This document shows positions 34,226 through 47,722 of a stretch of 64,000 bases of DNA, piece after piece. Made by a program: the position numbers and the translations under genes. The DNA comes from Octopus sinensis (lineage: Eukaryota). The notes beneath the pieces are model-generated. The model saw only the letters and a program-made list of their open reading frames with translations, made no database searches and was not told where the DNA came from. Location of the stretch: positions 10,601,360 through 10,665,359 of the forward strand of contig NC_043019.1 in the NCBI RefSeq assembly GCF_006345805.1. Reading direction: 5' to 3'. Position 1 is the stretch's first letter. Each line of letters opens with the position of its first letter.

Positions 34226-34276
34226 CCTGATTGTTTCTGTGTCAAAGTATTTATTAGAATCCCATAAGTTCAGCAA
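34226..34276 (-). CDS. CHERP: CHERP exon (LLNLWDSNKYFDTETIR)
   Basis: atttcag|TTG...AGG|gtgagt; 51 nt, phase 0-0; CID C-terminal W..N.YF motif. Confidence 0.94.
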
Positions 34277-34348
34277 CTGAAATGGCAGAAAGATATGAAC
34301 ATGTGCTAGTTATATGTCTGATATAATTTTTGTTAGGATAATGTTCTT

Positions 34349-34752
34349 ATTTCTTTATTGCCCACAAGGGGCTAAACATAGAGGGGACAAACAAGGACAG
34401 ACAAAGGGATTAAGTTGATTACATTAACCCCAGTGCATAACTGGTACTTAATTTACTGACCCTGAAAGGATGAAAAGCAAAGTTGACCTCAGCGGAATTT
34501 GAACTCAGAACATAACGGCAGACGAAATACCTATTTCTTTATTACCCACAAGGGGCTAAACATAGAGGGGACAAACAAGGACAGACAAAGGGATTAAGCC
34601 GATTACATTGACCCCCAATGCATAACAAGTACTTAATTTACTGACCCTGAAAGGATGAAAAGCAAAGTCGACCTCGGTGGAATTTGAACACAGAACGTAG
34701 CGGCTGACGAAATACTGCTAAGCATTTCATCTGGCGTGCTAACGTTTCTGCC
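34349..34752 (-). mobile_element. SINE family B, dimeric
   Basis: Same structure as 9379-9792. Confidence 0.8.
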
Positions 34753-35373
34753 ACACACACACACAGAGTTTCCATCTACCAAATGCAATTAATTACAAGG
34801 CTTTGGTTGGTTCTGGGTTCAGTCCTACTGCATGGTTCCTTGAGCAAATATCATGTACTATAGCCTTGGGCCAACCAAAACCTCGTGAATGAATTTGGAA
34901 GATGGAAACTGAAAGAAGCCTGTTGTATAAACATATGTATGTTTGTGCTTCTGTGGGTGGGGTGCCCTTATGTCTCCATAACTTAGCAGTTTGGCAAGAG
35001 ACTGACAGAATAAGTAACAGGCTTAAAAAAAAAGTTCTGGGGCCAATTCATTCAACTAAACAATTTTCCAAGGCGGTGCCCCAGCATGGCCGCAGTCTAA
35101 TGACTGAAACAAGTAAAAGGGTAAAAGCTAAAAGATATGACAGTCTTCAGGGTGTTTTTTCCATTACACAGATAATGATTAAATTATATATTATGCACTT
35201 TATCGTGTTTTGTTATAAACGTGGTCCCCTGGTCTGTGTGAAAATGGTTTTGAATGAAACCAGTCCATGGTGCAAAAAGGGTTGGAAACTTGATGGTATC
35301 GAGGGACTCCCTTATTGGTTTATTTCAAGTGATGCTGTGTATCAGTCGACATGCAAAACAAAAGGAGGCTTAC

Positions 35374-35485
35374 CTTGGTTAACTTTTGTTTCTTGTCATC
35401 AGTAAAGTGAACGCTGGCAGTACAAAATGCTGGCACCACAATGCCTTCTAGATGAGTCTTCAGTTCGTCAGCATTCTTCCGTTGG
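35374..35485 (-). CDS. CHERP: CHERP exon (QRKNADELK...KQKLTK)
   Basis: tttccag|C...AAG|gtaagc; 112 nt. Confidence 0.95.
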
Positions 35486-36788
35486 CTGGAAATAAACAAC
35501 AATATATTGATATGAATGGAAATAATAATAATAATAATAATAATTACAATAATAATAATAATACTTTCTACTATAAGCACAGGGCCTGAAATTTTGGGGG
35601 AGGGTGTAAGCCATTTATATCGACCCCAATACTCAACTGGTACTTGATTCATCGACCTCAAAAGGATGAAAAGCAAAGTCGACCTCAGCAGAATTTGAAC
35701 TCAGAATGTAGTGATGGGTGAAATACCGCTAAGCATTTCATCCAGTGTGCTAAGAGATTTTTCAGAGGCAAATTTTCTACAGCTAGATGCCCTTCCTGTC
35801 ACAAACCCTCGCCTGTTTCCCTTTGCTTTGACTTGATGATATCCTCTCTTGCTTTGCAATGATTTTCACAGAAGACTGGGAAATGAATGACCTTGTTTGC
35901 ACGATGATGACGATACTCATTAACAACCATCATGTGATATCTAAATATGGATAGGCACATACATATACATGCACACATGCACATCGATTCACAAAGGTCT
36001 GATGAGCCTGGGGACTGTTGTAGAAAACATTTACCCTAGATGCTGTGCAATAGGACTGAACTCAAGACCACATGGTTTGGAAGCAAGCTACTCAACCACA
36101 CAGCCAGTACCTGGTTTAATCTTTTTGCGACCAACCCATCCAAGACTGCCTTTGCTTCTATAATACAAACTTCCCATTTTAAGGTGGTGGTGGTCGCCGC
36201 CACCACAATCAAAAGTGCAACATCCTACCCACTAGGCAATGCTTCTTTATCGTACCTTTCTGATATAACTTTATGTCTGCTACCCCTAAGGGATGGGGCA
36301 CTACTGCCTGGGTTTAAAAACCCACTGGTCTAAGATGCTGCTTTGAATACAGAAGACACAGGTAATGACTAAGAATGCTGAAGGCAAATGTATGGATGGA
36401 ATGATTGCTACAAACAGATGTACCTAATGACCTGAGGTTGGGGCATAGAGGGGAAGGAAAAGTCGGTTGATTAGAAGCGAAGCCAATAGCGATGCTGTTG
36501 TTGTTGTTGATGTTGTGCACTAATTGTAATGACACTGAACACTGTGTCTATCGAATGAATTCATGTGGATGCATTGTCAAACAGAAGAGAACGGGGAGGT
36601 AGGCAGGTGGGGTGGAGCAGGTGAGCTGCACCTTGACTTTTAGACTCAACTCTCTCACATCATAGCAAACAAGATCAGACCATATGGAGGTGCAGTCAGT
36701 TGGGTAGGGGTGCTAGAATATATATATATATATAGATATGTGTGTATATGTGTGTATATATAAATGTATATATGTATATGTATTTATA

Positions 36789-36827
<39 letters not shown>

Positions 36828-37028
36828 TCATATGCATATATATGTATGTATATGTATATATATGTGTGTATATATATATATATATATGTGTGTGTATATA
36901 TTTATGTATGTATATATATGTGTATATGTGTGTATATATATGTGTGTATGTATGTATGTATGGATATGTGTGTGTGTCAATATATATATATTGACACACA
37001 CAAAGAGTGAGAGAAATTTGTGACAAAG

Positions 37029-37180
37029 GAGTCAGCAGAAGTTCGCCATTACCTTCTGCCAGAGCCGCGTGGAGCTTAGATGTTTCGCTCATAAACACAC
37101 ACATCGCCCGGTCTGAGATTCGAACCTGCGATCCCTCGATCGCGAGTCCGCAGCGCTAACCACTAGGCCATGAGCCTCCA
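37029..37180 (-). mobile_element. SINE family D
   Basis: Homologous to 12057-12209. Confidence 0.75.
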
Positions 37181-37796
37181 CACATATATTCTATATACTT
37201 CTCATGAAATAATCATTACTGACTGAATTCACAGGATTTCAACTGCATAGGATACTACATTACAAGCCTATGCATTAGTTTACTATGTGGCATGTAGCCA
37301 GGTCCACTAAAGGATTACTACTGGGTTATATAGATCCATATATTGTACATTAAGTTTATATGTATGTATATATGCTTGACTAAGGCTGACTCAGGGTTAA
37401 ACAGTAACAATGCCAACATTGCTAGTGACTCCAAAGCAGTTGCTTCCATTCTTACCTCTGTGTTGCTGCAGTAATTAACATCAGGTATCTGTGCAATTAA
37501 TTAATTAATTCACACTTCAAGCATGCCCTCCTCCCATCCATCAACCCACCCTCATTGCATAATCCTACAATATCACAAAGCTTGCAAAATGCATCAAGCC
37601 TCCTCCCAACCCTAACATGGCAATCTACCCAGAATGAATATATCTTTAGAATGTGTTAGAGACAATAGAGGTAGAGGCGTGTGTGTGTTATGCATGCATG
37701 TTTTGTCGTGCAAACAGAAAACAGAACACAAAGTGTGTACACACACACACACACACAAAGACGTGTATATAAGGGGGCGCTGAAAAGTTCCAAGCA

Positions 37797-38102
37797 AATT
37801 GACCCCAGGACTTATTCTTTGTAAGCCTAGTACTTATTCTATCAGTCTCTTTTGCCAAACTGCTAAGTTATGGAGACATAAACATACCAGCATCGGTTGT
37901 CAAACGATGTTGGGGGGGGAACACAAACATACACACACCACACACACACACACGTATAAGACGGGCTTCTTTCAGTTTCTGTCTACCAAACCCAGTCACA
38001 AGGCTATTTCCCAAGACACTTGCCCAAGGTGCCACGCAGTGGGACTGAACCTGGAACTATGTGGTTAGAAAGCAAGTTACTAACCACACAGTCACTCCTG
38101 CA
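37797..38102 (-). mobile_element. SINE family A, 3'-truncated
   Basis: Homology to family A. Confidence 0.75.
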
Positions 38103-38192
38103 CTTAGATAAACTTACTTGGAAATATATGTGTGGCATTCAATCAAATAATAGTATAAATAATATATATATGTGCATATACATATGCATATA

Positions 38193-38370
38193 TGGGTACA
38201 GGACGTCACCAACAGTAAACAACATGAACTACGAAAACGAGCAGGCAGCCGACAACTGATGAAGGGTCATTCTTTATGTTACTTGTCCTGTTTTCCTTTC
38301 ATTGTTTGTGTATTCAACTCATTTGTTTTCGTATTTCATGTTATTTCCTGATTGAGATGTCCTGTACCCA
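38193..38370. mobile_element. TA-flanked MITE-like element
   Basis: TIR TGGGTACAGGACGTC / GATGTCCTGTACCCA plus internal inverted similarity (catgaactacgaaaac / gttttcgtatttcatg). Confidence 0.65.
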
Positions 38371-38457
38371 TATATGCATATGTATATGTGTATATATATA
38401 TGTATGTGTGTGTGTATGCATATATATATATTATTTATATTATATATATGTATGTAT

Positions 38458-38508
<51 letters not shown>

Positions 38509-38530
38509 CGTATGTGTGTGTATATATATA

Positions 38531-38747
38531 TATTTCTTTACTACCCACAAGGGGCTACACACAGAGGGGACAAATAAGGACAGACAAATGGATTACGTCG
38601 ACCCCAGTGCGTAACTGGTACTTAATTTATCGATCCCGAAAGGATGAAAGGCAAAGTCGACCTCGGCGGAATTTGAACTCAGAACGTAATGGCAGGCGAA
38701 ATACAGCTACGCATTTCGCCCAGCGTGCTACCGTTTCTACCAGCTCG

Positions 38748-38748
<1 letters not shown>
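38531..38748 (-). mobile_element. SINE family B, monomer
   Basis: Homology to family B. Confidence 0.8.
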
Positions 38749-38788
<40 letters not shown>

Positions 38789-38797
38789 TATACATAC

Positions 38798-38834
<37 letters not shown>

Positions 38835-39381
38835 CATGCATATACACACATATACACACACAAATAAGCATAACATATACAAACATATCTATTCTATACA
38901 CACACATATATACCTGAATATACATACACACATAAGCTATAAAGAGAGAGAGAGAGAGGGCAGGAGGCAGAGGTGGTTGAGAGGATTAAAATATTTTCAT
39001 CCCTCAAAGCATTTCACAGACAACAGACAAACATACAATTCAGTCCAAAGGACAAAGAGATCTGATAATGGGAGAAACACCAGGCTGTCAGTGTGTCTTT
39101 TCGTTGTTTGTTGCCACGTGATGATGTGATTGGACAACCTGAACAAAGGGGGAGACTTAATGAAGGCCCCGACGCAGCAGACAAACTGATAACAGCAACA
39201 GGATGTATAAGGAAGGATAAGGCTTGATGTTGGTAATGATGATGATGATGGTGATGAGCAGTGGTGGTGGTGATGGTGGTGGTGGCGGCAGCGATGGTAT
39301 TGGCACCAGTGATAGCATTATACTTGTAGGAAAAAATGTTGATGTTAACTGAGGGCAATGGTATCGGTGTGAGTGCAGTGA

Positions 39382-39426
39382 TTTTCCTTATGATGGTGAT
39401 GATGATGATGGTGATGATGATGATGG

Positions 39427-39457
<31 letters not shown>

Positions 39458-39554
39458 GGTGATGATGGTGACGATGATGGTGATGGTGATGATGGTGATG
39501 GTGATGATGGTGATGATGATGGTGATGATGGTGATGGTGATGATGGTGATGGTG

Positions 39555-39608
<54 letters not shown>

Positions 39609-39672
39609 GTGATGATGGTGATGGTGTGATGATGGTGGTGATGATGATGGTGATGATGGTGATGATGGTGGT
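39382..39672. repeat. (GAT/GGT)n microsatellite
   Basis: Direct reading; gives spurious poly-H and poly-M/V ORFs. Confidence 0.95.
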
Positions 39673-40052
39673 GAGTGAAATTTCATTGGTTTGTTATATA
39701 TCACCTATAATTTTGTCGAAGTTTTCGTTTTTTTTTTTCTTTTTTTTTCCCAGCAATTTGATTTCAGTTGTTTATTTCAGCTGTTTATCAAAGTTATTAT
39801 TATTTTAAGAAATTTATTTATATAACCTCTTCACCACCGCCGCCGCCGCCACCACCACCACCACCATTTAGAAATGATAAAAAACTGACCTAAGTGCTCG
39901 CAGCTGCCGAGGTCAGCCTCCTGGAGGAGTTTAATATAGCTACTGCCCCACCCCTCAATCCTCCTATAAATCTGTTACTTTGCAATAAAAAGTTATTAAT
40001 CTGCCACTACCACCCTCCTCCTAACAACAACAACAACAACAATAATGTGCCT

Positions 40053-40160
40053 TATATTTACCATTGAAATATGGCTAACCCCTAAGGGTGGATGCTACTG
40101 TAGTTTGTAACTACAGTAGCATCCACCCTTAGGGTTAGCCATATTTAAATGGCAAATATA
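40053..40160. repeat. Near-perfect 53-bp palindrome (3-nt loop)
   Basis: tatatttaccattgaaatatggctaacccctaagggtggatgctactgtagtt-tgt-aactacagtagcatccacccttagggttagccatatttaaatggcaaatata. Confidence 0.95.
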
Positions 40161-40550
40161 CTTCACGATGTGTTGCAGCTACTGTTTATAACTCGCTCTA
40201 AGATTTATTACTGTTAACAATAATAATCCTTTCTACAAAAGACACAAGGCTTGCAATTTGGAGGTAGGGGATTGGTCAATTACACTGACCCCAGTACTCC
40301 AATGATACTTAATTTATTGACCCCGAAATCACTGACCTTGTACCAAAAATTGCAAACAAAGGCAATGAACTGACAGAATCTTTCTCGCATGCTGGACAAA
40401 ATGTTTAGCAAGATTATGTTTTGCTGATGTTTTTTTTCCTTTTCGTGCTTTGACCCTTTAGCATTTAAACCAGTTCTTGTGTCTCAAGGCATGCACAGAA
40501 CCAACACAGAACTGAGTAATACTTAGTTCCCCAATGCACTACAGATTTTC

Positions 40551-40950
40551 ATTTCTTTACTACCCACAAGGGGCTAAACACAGAGGGGACAAACAAGGAC
40601 AGACAAACGGATTAAGTTGATTACATTGACCCCAGTGCGTAACTGGTACTTAATTTATCAACCCCGAAAGGATGAAAGGCAAAGTCGACCTCGACAGAAT
40701 TTGAACTCAGAACATAGCAGCAGACGAAATACCTATTTCTTTACTACCCACAAGGGGCTAAACACAGAGGGGACAAACGGATTAAGTCAATTACATTGAC
40801 CCCAGTGCATAACTGGTACTTAATTTATCGACCCCTGAAAGGATGAAAGGCAAAGTCGACCTCGGCGGGATTTGAACCCAGAACGTAACGGCAGATGAAA
40901 TATAGCTACGCATTTCGCCCGGCGTGCTAATGTTTCTGCCAGCTCGCTGC
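40551..40950 (-). mobile_element. SINE family B, dimeric
   Basis: Same structure as 9379-9792. Confidence 0.8.
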
Positions 40951-41354
40951 CTTACAGATTAAAGCAATAATACGAACAGGAACCACAACAAAGCTGTTAT
41001 CCGGCGTACCACTTCTACGAAGGACAAGTGTGCGTCAACTGTGGACATCCCCACCTCTCGTCAGAAGAGGGAAACCATATTACTTGTCACTTAAGAAAAC
41101 TGGTCCTCATTAATAATAAAAACAAACAGCTTGCTTTTGATACACAATAGGCTAATTGGCCTAAATTATGATGGTAGTGGGGAACTAAGCTCTTGAAAAT
41201 GGGTGAATTACAAACTTAGGGAACACTTCTCTTTGTGACAAAGACAAACTTTGTTAAACTTTGGAATAACCCAGGGGATAGGGTTTACCAACACAATCAC
41301 CTTCAATTATCCATTTGGTCTGTTTAGTGGAAGTTATTAAAAAAATTTTAAAAA

Positions 41355-41560
41355 AAGATAGAATTGAGAAATTTCAAGACCTAGCCAGATAAGTGAAGAG
41401 ATTGTTGGAGACTAAGACAATAATTATTCCTGTGGTAATTAATTGGACACATCACTCAAAATGCTACCTAAAAGACTGAAAGATATTTGGAATCGTGTCT
41501 TGTATTGTCAACCAGCAGAAAAGTACCATTCTATATTCTGCAAAAATCTCTTGTCAGCCA
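41355..41560 (+). mobile_element. Degenerate remnant resembling the C-terminal RLE domain of an R4/Dong-type non-LTR element
   Basis: IEKFQDLAR*VKRLLETKTIIIPVVI resembles EKYQDLAREI.RLW....VIPVVIG; contains a stop and frameshifts. Confidence 0.5.
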
Positions 41561-42098
41561 GAATTTGAGCAGTACAGGTTTCAGTTCTCTGTAGTAAGCT
41601 TGCTGGTCACTTTCCCACCATCTTCTAAGGGTATTTATCTAATCTTCTAAGTTGTTTTTACAGCTATTCTGCATTTGAGATTTCCTATATTTTCTGTAAC
41701 ACATCAACTCATTCACTGCTTCTAAGTTTCTTTATAAAAAAAAAAAATGTTCTCAATAAAATGAAATAAAGTACCAGCAAAATACTAGGGTCAACACCCC
41801 ATTCTCAAATTCATGGCATTTGTTGTCTATTTTATAAATTCAACTTATAACTACTGCAAAGGTGACAGACTAAGCGGAACTGTTAGCAATGCCAAACAAA
41901 ATGCTCAGTGGCGTTTCTTCTGATGTTTTGATGTTCTGAGTTCAAATTCCGCTGGAGTCAACTTTGTCTTTCATCCTCTTGGGGAAATGATAAAATGAGT
42001 ACCAGATAAGCACATTCAATGTAATCAACTAGCACCCTTTGGCCCCAAAATTTCAGGCCTTGTGCCTTTAGTAGAAAAAAATTATCATAACAACAACA

Positions 42099-42131
<33 letters not shown>

Positions 42132-42585
42132 GTTTACTATCACTCTTTATCATGTTTGTTTCAAATTGTTTTATATAGGTGTGGTGGTGGTGGTGGTGGA
42201 GGAGGAGAAAATGGTAGTAAGTACAGTGATAAAAATACCAAATATATCTTCAGAATCAGGTGATGAGAGAGAGAGAGACAGACAGACAGAAAAAGACTGA
42301 GTGACATTCATATTTCTTGGGTGAGAAGGAGAGGGAGTGGGGCGCGGGGTGGGTGGGTGGCAGCAAGCCGTGTCAATTCCCTCCATATAAAAAAAACAAA
42401 AACAGCAGCAGCAGCAGAAATGTCTAATAACATCAGCGTTGCTATGGCAACTACTACTAAACTGAACTGAACTATATACTACAGGTTACAAACTACACTG
42501 ACCAGACTTTCAGGACACTGAAATGGCCTAAAACAGTAGCCGGCTAAGGTTTCTTTCTCTAGCATTTTGCACAATTCAACCTATG

Positions 42586-42958
42586 TGGAAGCACTCCGTC
42601 GGTTACGACGATGAGGGTTCCGGTTGATCCGAATCAACGGAACAGCCTGCTCGTGAAATTAACGTGTAAGTGGCTGAGCACTCCACAGACACGTGCACCC
42701 TTAACGTAGTTCTCGGGGAGATTCAGCGTGAAAACAGAGAGTGACAAGGCCGGCCCTTTGAAATACAAGGTACAACAGAAACAGGAAGTAAGAGTGAGAG
42801 AAAGTTGTGGTGAAAGAGTACAGCAGGGTTCACCACCATCCCCTGCCGGAGCCTCGTGGAGCTTTTAGGTGTTTTCGCTCAATAAACACTCACAACGCCC
42901 GGTCTGGGAATCGAAACCGCGAGTCCGCTGCCCTAACCACTGGGCCATTGCGCCTCCA
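42586..42958 (-). mobile_element. SINE family C
   Basis: TSD attcaacctat (42574-42584 / 42960-42970). Confidence 0.85.
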
Positions 42959-43232
42959 CATTCAACCTATATAATAAGTTAATGTGAGAAAAATGAAATC
43001 GGAATTCTGAAAGAAGAATCTATTAAATTGTGTTAAACATTGAATGACTATGAGGGTTCACAAGAAAAAAATAGTAATGAAAGGGGTCAACAGATAAAAA
43101 TAATGGTTGAGAGCCTCAGGTTTTATAAGCAGGAATTTCAAATTCCCACAGACCCCAGACTGGTTTACTGGTCTCTTGCACAGCACAGTATTAATAAACT
43201 TGTAACATTTATACTAATATACAGGTGATTAC

Positions 43233-43450
43233 TCTTTTTACTCTTTTACTTGTTTCAGTCATTTGACTGTGGCCATGCTGGAGCACCGCCTTTAGTCGAG
43301 CAAATCGACCCCAGGACTTAGTCTTTGTAAGCCTAGTACTTAATCTATCGGTCCCTTTTGCCGAACCGCTAAGTTATGGGAACGTAAACACACCAGCATC
43401 GGTTGTTAAGCGATACTGGGAGGACAAACACAGACACAAACATATACACA
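43233..43450 (-). mobile_element. SINE family A, 3' part
   Basis: Homology to family A. Confidence 0.75.
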
Positions 43451-43694
43451 CACATACACACACACACACTGTTTATTTTTTAATAAGCCCACTGGCTCTT
43501 AGCAACAACATCAGTGCCTGATAGGGCTCTGTATTTCTATGTATATCACTAGTGCAGCAGTTACTGCTATTTCTAGTTGCTTGGTGTCTACCACTGACAA
43601 GGCCAAAAGAGGCTGCAACCACATGACATGGTAGGCCTGGCAGTAGAAGGAGTGGTGATTGTCTGCCACTGGCAATAGCTATGATGTGCTTTTA

Positions 43695-44010
43695 TCATCA
43701 TCATCCTCGTTTAACGTCCGTTTCCCGTGCTAGCACGGGTTGGACGGTTTGACCAGGGTGTGGGAAGCCCAGGAGGCTGCACCAGGCTCCAGTCTGATCT
43801 GGCAGTGTTTCTACAGCTGGATGCCCTTCCTAACGCCAACCACTCCGTGAGTGTAGTGGGTGCTTTTTACGTGCCACCGGCACAGGTGCTAGGGGAGGCT
43901 GGCAGCGGCCACAATCAGCTGGTGCTTTTTATGTGCCACCGGCACAGAAGCCAGTCAAGGTGGCGCTGGCGTTGGCCACGTTCAGATGGCGCTTTTTACG
44001 TGCCACCGGG
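43695..44010 (-). mobile_element. Family F copy
   Basis: Matches the LINE 3' UTR. Confidence 0.8.
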
Positions 44011-45149
44011 ACAGTACGTACTGTAAAACCATATGAGAGTTTTTTCTCTCTTGGTAAATATCGCAGTATGTGTATGTTCTAATGCAACATTCACTTTTAA
44101 GAGGTGAATATATTGCTTTAGTATCACCTATCTCTCAATACTATACCCTACTCAGCTGAGGGAGGGAGGCTTGTCTTACAAGTACTTGATGATCTTACAA
44201 ATCACCCTGTATGCTCTGTGAGGTGGTTGGCATTAGGAAAGGCATCCAGCTGTAGAAATTATGCCAAAGCAGACACTGGAGTTCATTGTAGCCTTCTTGC
44301 TTATGGGTTTATGTCGAACTATCGAATCCAGTCCAGTATGGAAAAAGGAAAAAAGGAAAGTTACATGATAATGATGGTGTGTGAGTGTGTACATGCATGC
44401 AAATGTATGTGTGTACATATATTCATCCATACGTTTTCATGTGCGTTCTCCATTTCTCCATGGTAGCATAACCAAGACAACTACTATATGACCGAGGCAT
44501 TATTTTACAATCAGATGCCCTTCCTATCAATAACCAATTAGCCATTTTCCAAGTAAAGGATTTTTTATTCTACATCTATGAAAGCGCAGAATATATAAGA
44601 CAAGTATATGTGCATGTACACACACATACACAAACTCACCCATGTTATGCACACTGCACCACACAGCATATTCACAGTGTAGAAAGATGCATCACACTTA
44701 AAGTAGCTAAGTGCAGTAAACAGTCACTGACAAGATTGTGCACCTGTTGCATGAGCCGAGGAAGAGGAAGTAATGGTGGAAGTGTGCAACAGCAAAACAA
44801 AAGCCGCAGTGCAGCAAGATGAAGTGCAATAAACTGAGAACAGCGAATGCTAGTTGCACTAGTTTTAGCAAGGGCAAGACAGCAATGGCGGCGGAGGTGA
44901 TGCAATAAACAATGTTAGCAGAGCAATGCGCAATTAGCAACTGCTGTGAACACCTGTTGATGTACCAATTAACAGGTGTAAAGAGGGAGAGGTAAAAAAA
45001 AATAAAATCTCGTTTCACAGGTAAACAAAGAACACGTGTGCAGTGACTGCAGAAAAACACTGCACCTGCTGATAATGAAGGAGTCACTGTACTCTGCACA
45101 TTGTAGCAATGGAACAATATTTTAATTTTGGCTTCAAGAATTTGCGGAA

Positions 45150-45790
45150 ACTGGTGGTGGTGGTGGTGGTGGTGGTGGTGGTGGTGGTGGTAGAGGTAGC
45201 GTTAATGTAGGAGTTGTTGTTGCTGATGCTGATGGTGGGGTTATCGGTGATGGTAGAGGTAGTGGCCTTGGTAGAGGTGTTGGTGGTAGTGGTGATAGTG
45301 GTGGTGTTAATGGTAGAGGTGTTGGTGGTAGTGGTGATAGTGGTGGTGTTAATGGTAGAGGTGTTGGTGGTAGTGGTGATAGTGGTGGTGTTAATGGTAG
45401 AGTTGTTGGTGGTAGTGGTGATAGTGGTGGTGTTAATGGTAGAGGTGTTGGTGGTAGTGGTGATAGTGGTGGTTAGGGTAGAGGTGTTATGGTAGGTGGT
45501 GTGGTGGTGGTGAGTGGTGGTGTTAATGGTAGAGTTGTTGGTGGTAGTGTGATAGTGGTGGTGTTAATGGTAGAGGTGTTGGTGGTAGTGGTGATAGTGG
45601 TGGTGTTAATGGTAGAGGTGTTGGTGGTAGTGGTGATAGTGGTGGTGTTAATGGTAGAGGTGTTGGTGGTAGTGGTGATAGTGGTGGTGTTAATGGTAGA
45701 GGTGTTGGTGGTAGTGGTGATAGTGGTGGTGTTAATGGTAGAGTTGTTGGTGATGACCTTGGTAGAGGTGGTGTTAACGGTGGGGGTGTT
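45150..45790. repeat. (GGT)n-derived 42-bp minisatellite, about 10 copies in two blocks
   Basis: ggtagaggtgttggtggtagtggtgatagtggtggtgttaat unit. Confidence 0.9.
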
Positions 45791-46305
45791 GGTGAAGGTA
45801 GAGTGGTGGCTTTGGTAGAGGTGTTGGTGATAGTTGTGGTGCTGAGAGAGGTGGTGTAAATGGTGGCGTTGTTGTTGGTGATGTTGATGGTGGGAGTGTT
45901 GGTGGTAGTAGTGGTAGTGGTGTTGGTAGAGGCATTGGCATCAATGGTGTTGTGGTGCTGGTTATGACGGTCACCACCTCCACCACCAATTACCAGTTAC
46001 CACCACTGATCCACCCCTACCAACACCCCATCACGACTAGTGGGGTGGGGGTGGAGGGTGCTTTCAATCGCGGAAAAGAGAAAAAGAAAACATTAAAAAA
46101 TACATGAAAACATATCAAGAACCCATAAAACAACAAACATAACAGAAATAGTTTTGTGTGTGTGAGAGAGAGGGAGAGAGGTAGGGTAGGAAAGAGAAGG
46201 AAAGGGAGAGAGATGATGGGGGTGGTGAAGTGAACTGTATGACAATCATCATCATCATCATCATTATATTCTGCATCAGCAACAATAGCAGCAAGCAGAA
46301 TGAAT

Positions 46306-46338
<33 letters not shown>

Positions 46339-46561
46339 GAGAGAAAGAGAGAGAGAGAAAGGAGAGAGAGAGAAGAAATGATGATGATGATGACGATGAT
46401 GATGAAATGTTCAGCATAAATATTACCAAGGCGTGACTAGGTTCAAGTCTTCCTCATCTCCCATTATCAACCCCATTAACACACACACACACACACACAC
46501 ACCACACACACACACACACACATTGCAAAGATGAGGTGGAAGCAGAAGCAATGGGACTTAC

Positions 46562-46636
46562 CAGTGATGCAACAGGTCATTGATGAGATAGATGAGATGC
46601 AGTTTGACGTCGAAGCTGGACTCCTTGTCTGTAATC
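46562..46636 (-). CDS. CHERP: CHERP exon (ITDKESSFDVKLHLIYLINDLLHH-C)
   Basis: tttcccag|G...TG|gtaagt; 75 nt; CID signature LIYLINDxLH. Confidence 0.96.
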
Positions 46637-47027
46637 CTGGGAAACAAGAACAAACAAGAGAAGGGTTTAGACTTTCAACTGGTTACCAACATCAATGGAG
46701 AATGCTGTTAAATGAATGAAGCTAAACACACAACACACACATGTATGAGTATACACATCATATATGCACACACATATACACATAAACCAGATGCCACAGT
46801 TATACAAATGGATATGATAAATGAATGGCAATATTAAGTTGCAACAGTTCTTGCCTGAAGAATGCAGCAGCATGAAACTTAAGTTACAAAATGAATGTTC
46901 AGTTTAAATGAACTAGATAGATGGATAGATGCAAAGACAGAAGGATAGAGACATAGATAGATAGACAGACTATAAATAGATACACAGATGGATAGACAGA
47001 CAGACTGATAGATAGATACACACATCT

Positions 47028-47220
47028 TATCATCATCTTTTAATGTCTGCTTTCCATGCAGGTATGGGTTGGATGGCTTGATGAGCTGGCTAGTTGGGGA
47101 CCTATTCAGACTCCAATTGTCTGTTGTGGCATGGTTTCTACAGCTGGATGATGCCCTTCCTAATGCCAACCACTTTACAGAGTGTGATATGGGTGCTTCT
47201 TTATGTGCCACTGGCACATT
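47028..47220 (-). mobile_element. Family F copy, diverged
   Basis: Matches the LINE 3' UTR. Confidence 0.7.
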
Positions 47221-47261
47221 TAAAGAAAAAGGAGGAAGGAGTGATTTGAACATGCAATAGT

Positions 47262-47425
47262 GGACAGGAGTGGCTGTGTGGTAAGTAGCTTGCTTACCAA
47301 CCACATGGTTCCGGGTTCAGTCCCACTGCGTGGCATCTTGGGCAAGTGTCTTCTGCTATAGCTCTGGGCCGACCAATGCCTTGTGAGTGGATTTGGTAGA
47401 CGGAAACTGAAAGAAGCCTGTCATA

Positions 47426-47464
<39 letters not shown>

Positions 47465-47690
47465 ATATATGTTTGTGTGTCTGTGTTTGTTCCCCTAGCA
47501 TTGCTTGACAACCGATGCTGGTGTGTTTATGTCCCCGTCACTTAGCAGTTCGGCAAAAGAGACCGATAGAATAAGTACTGGGCTTACAAAAAATAAGTCC
47601 TGGGGGGGGGGGGTTGATCTGCTCGACTAAAGGTGGTGCTCCAGCATGGCCGCAGTCAAATGGACTGAAACAAGTAAAAGAGAGAAAAGA
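47262..47690 (+). mobile_element. SINE family A
   Basis: Full length; ends about 30 nt from the donor at 47722. Confidence 0.85.
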
Positions 47691-47722
47691 GAAAGAGAGA
47701 GAGTAAAGGAAAGGAAGTTTAC

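Noticed and set aside
38233-38260. CTGATGAAGGG inside the MITE (also CTGATGAG at about 35999 and CTGATGAAGCC at about 23523)
   Set aside because: There is no downstream GAAA with a closing stem II. The latter two are mutated SINE or LINE sequence.
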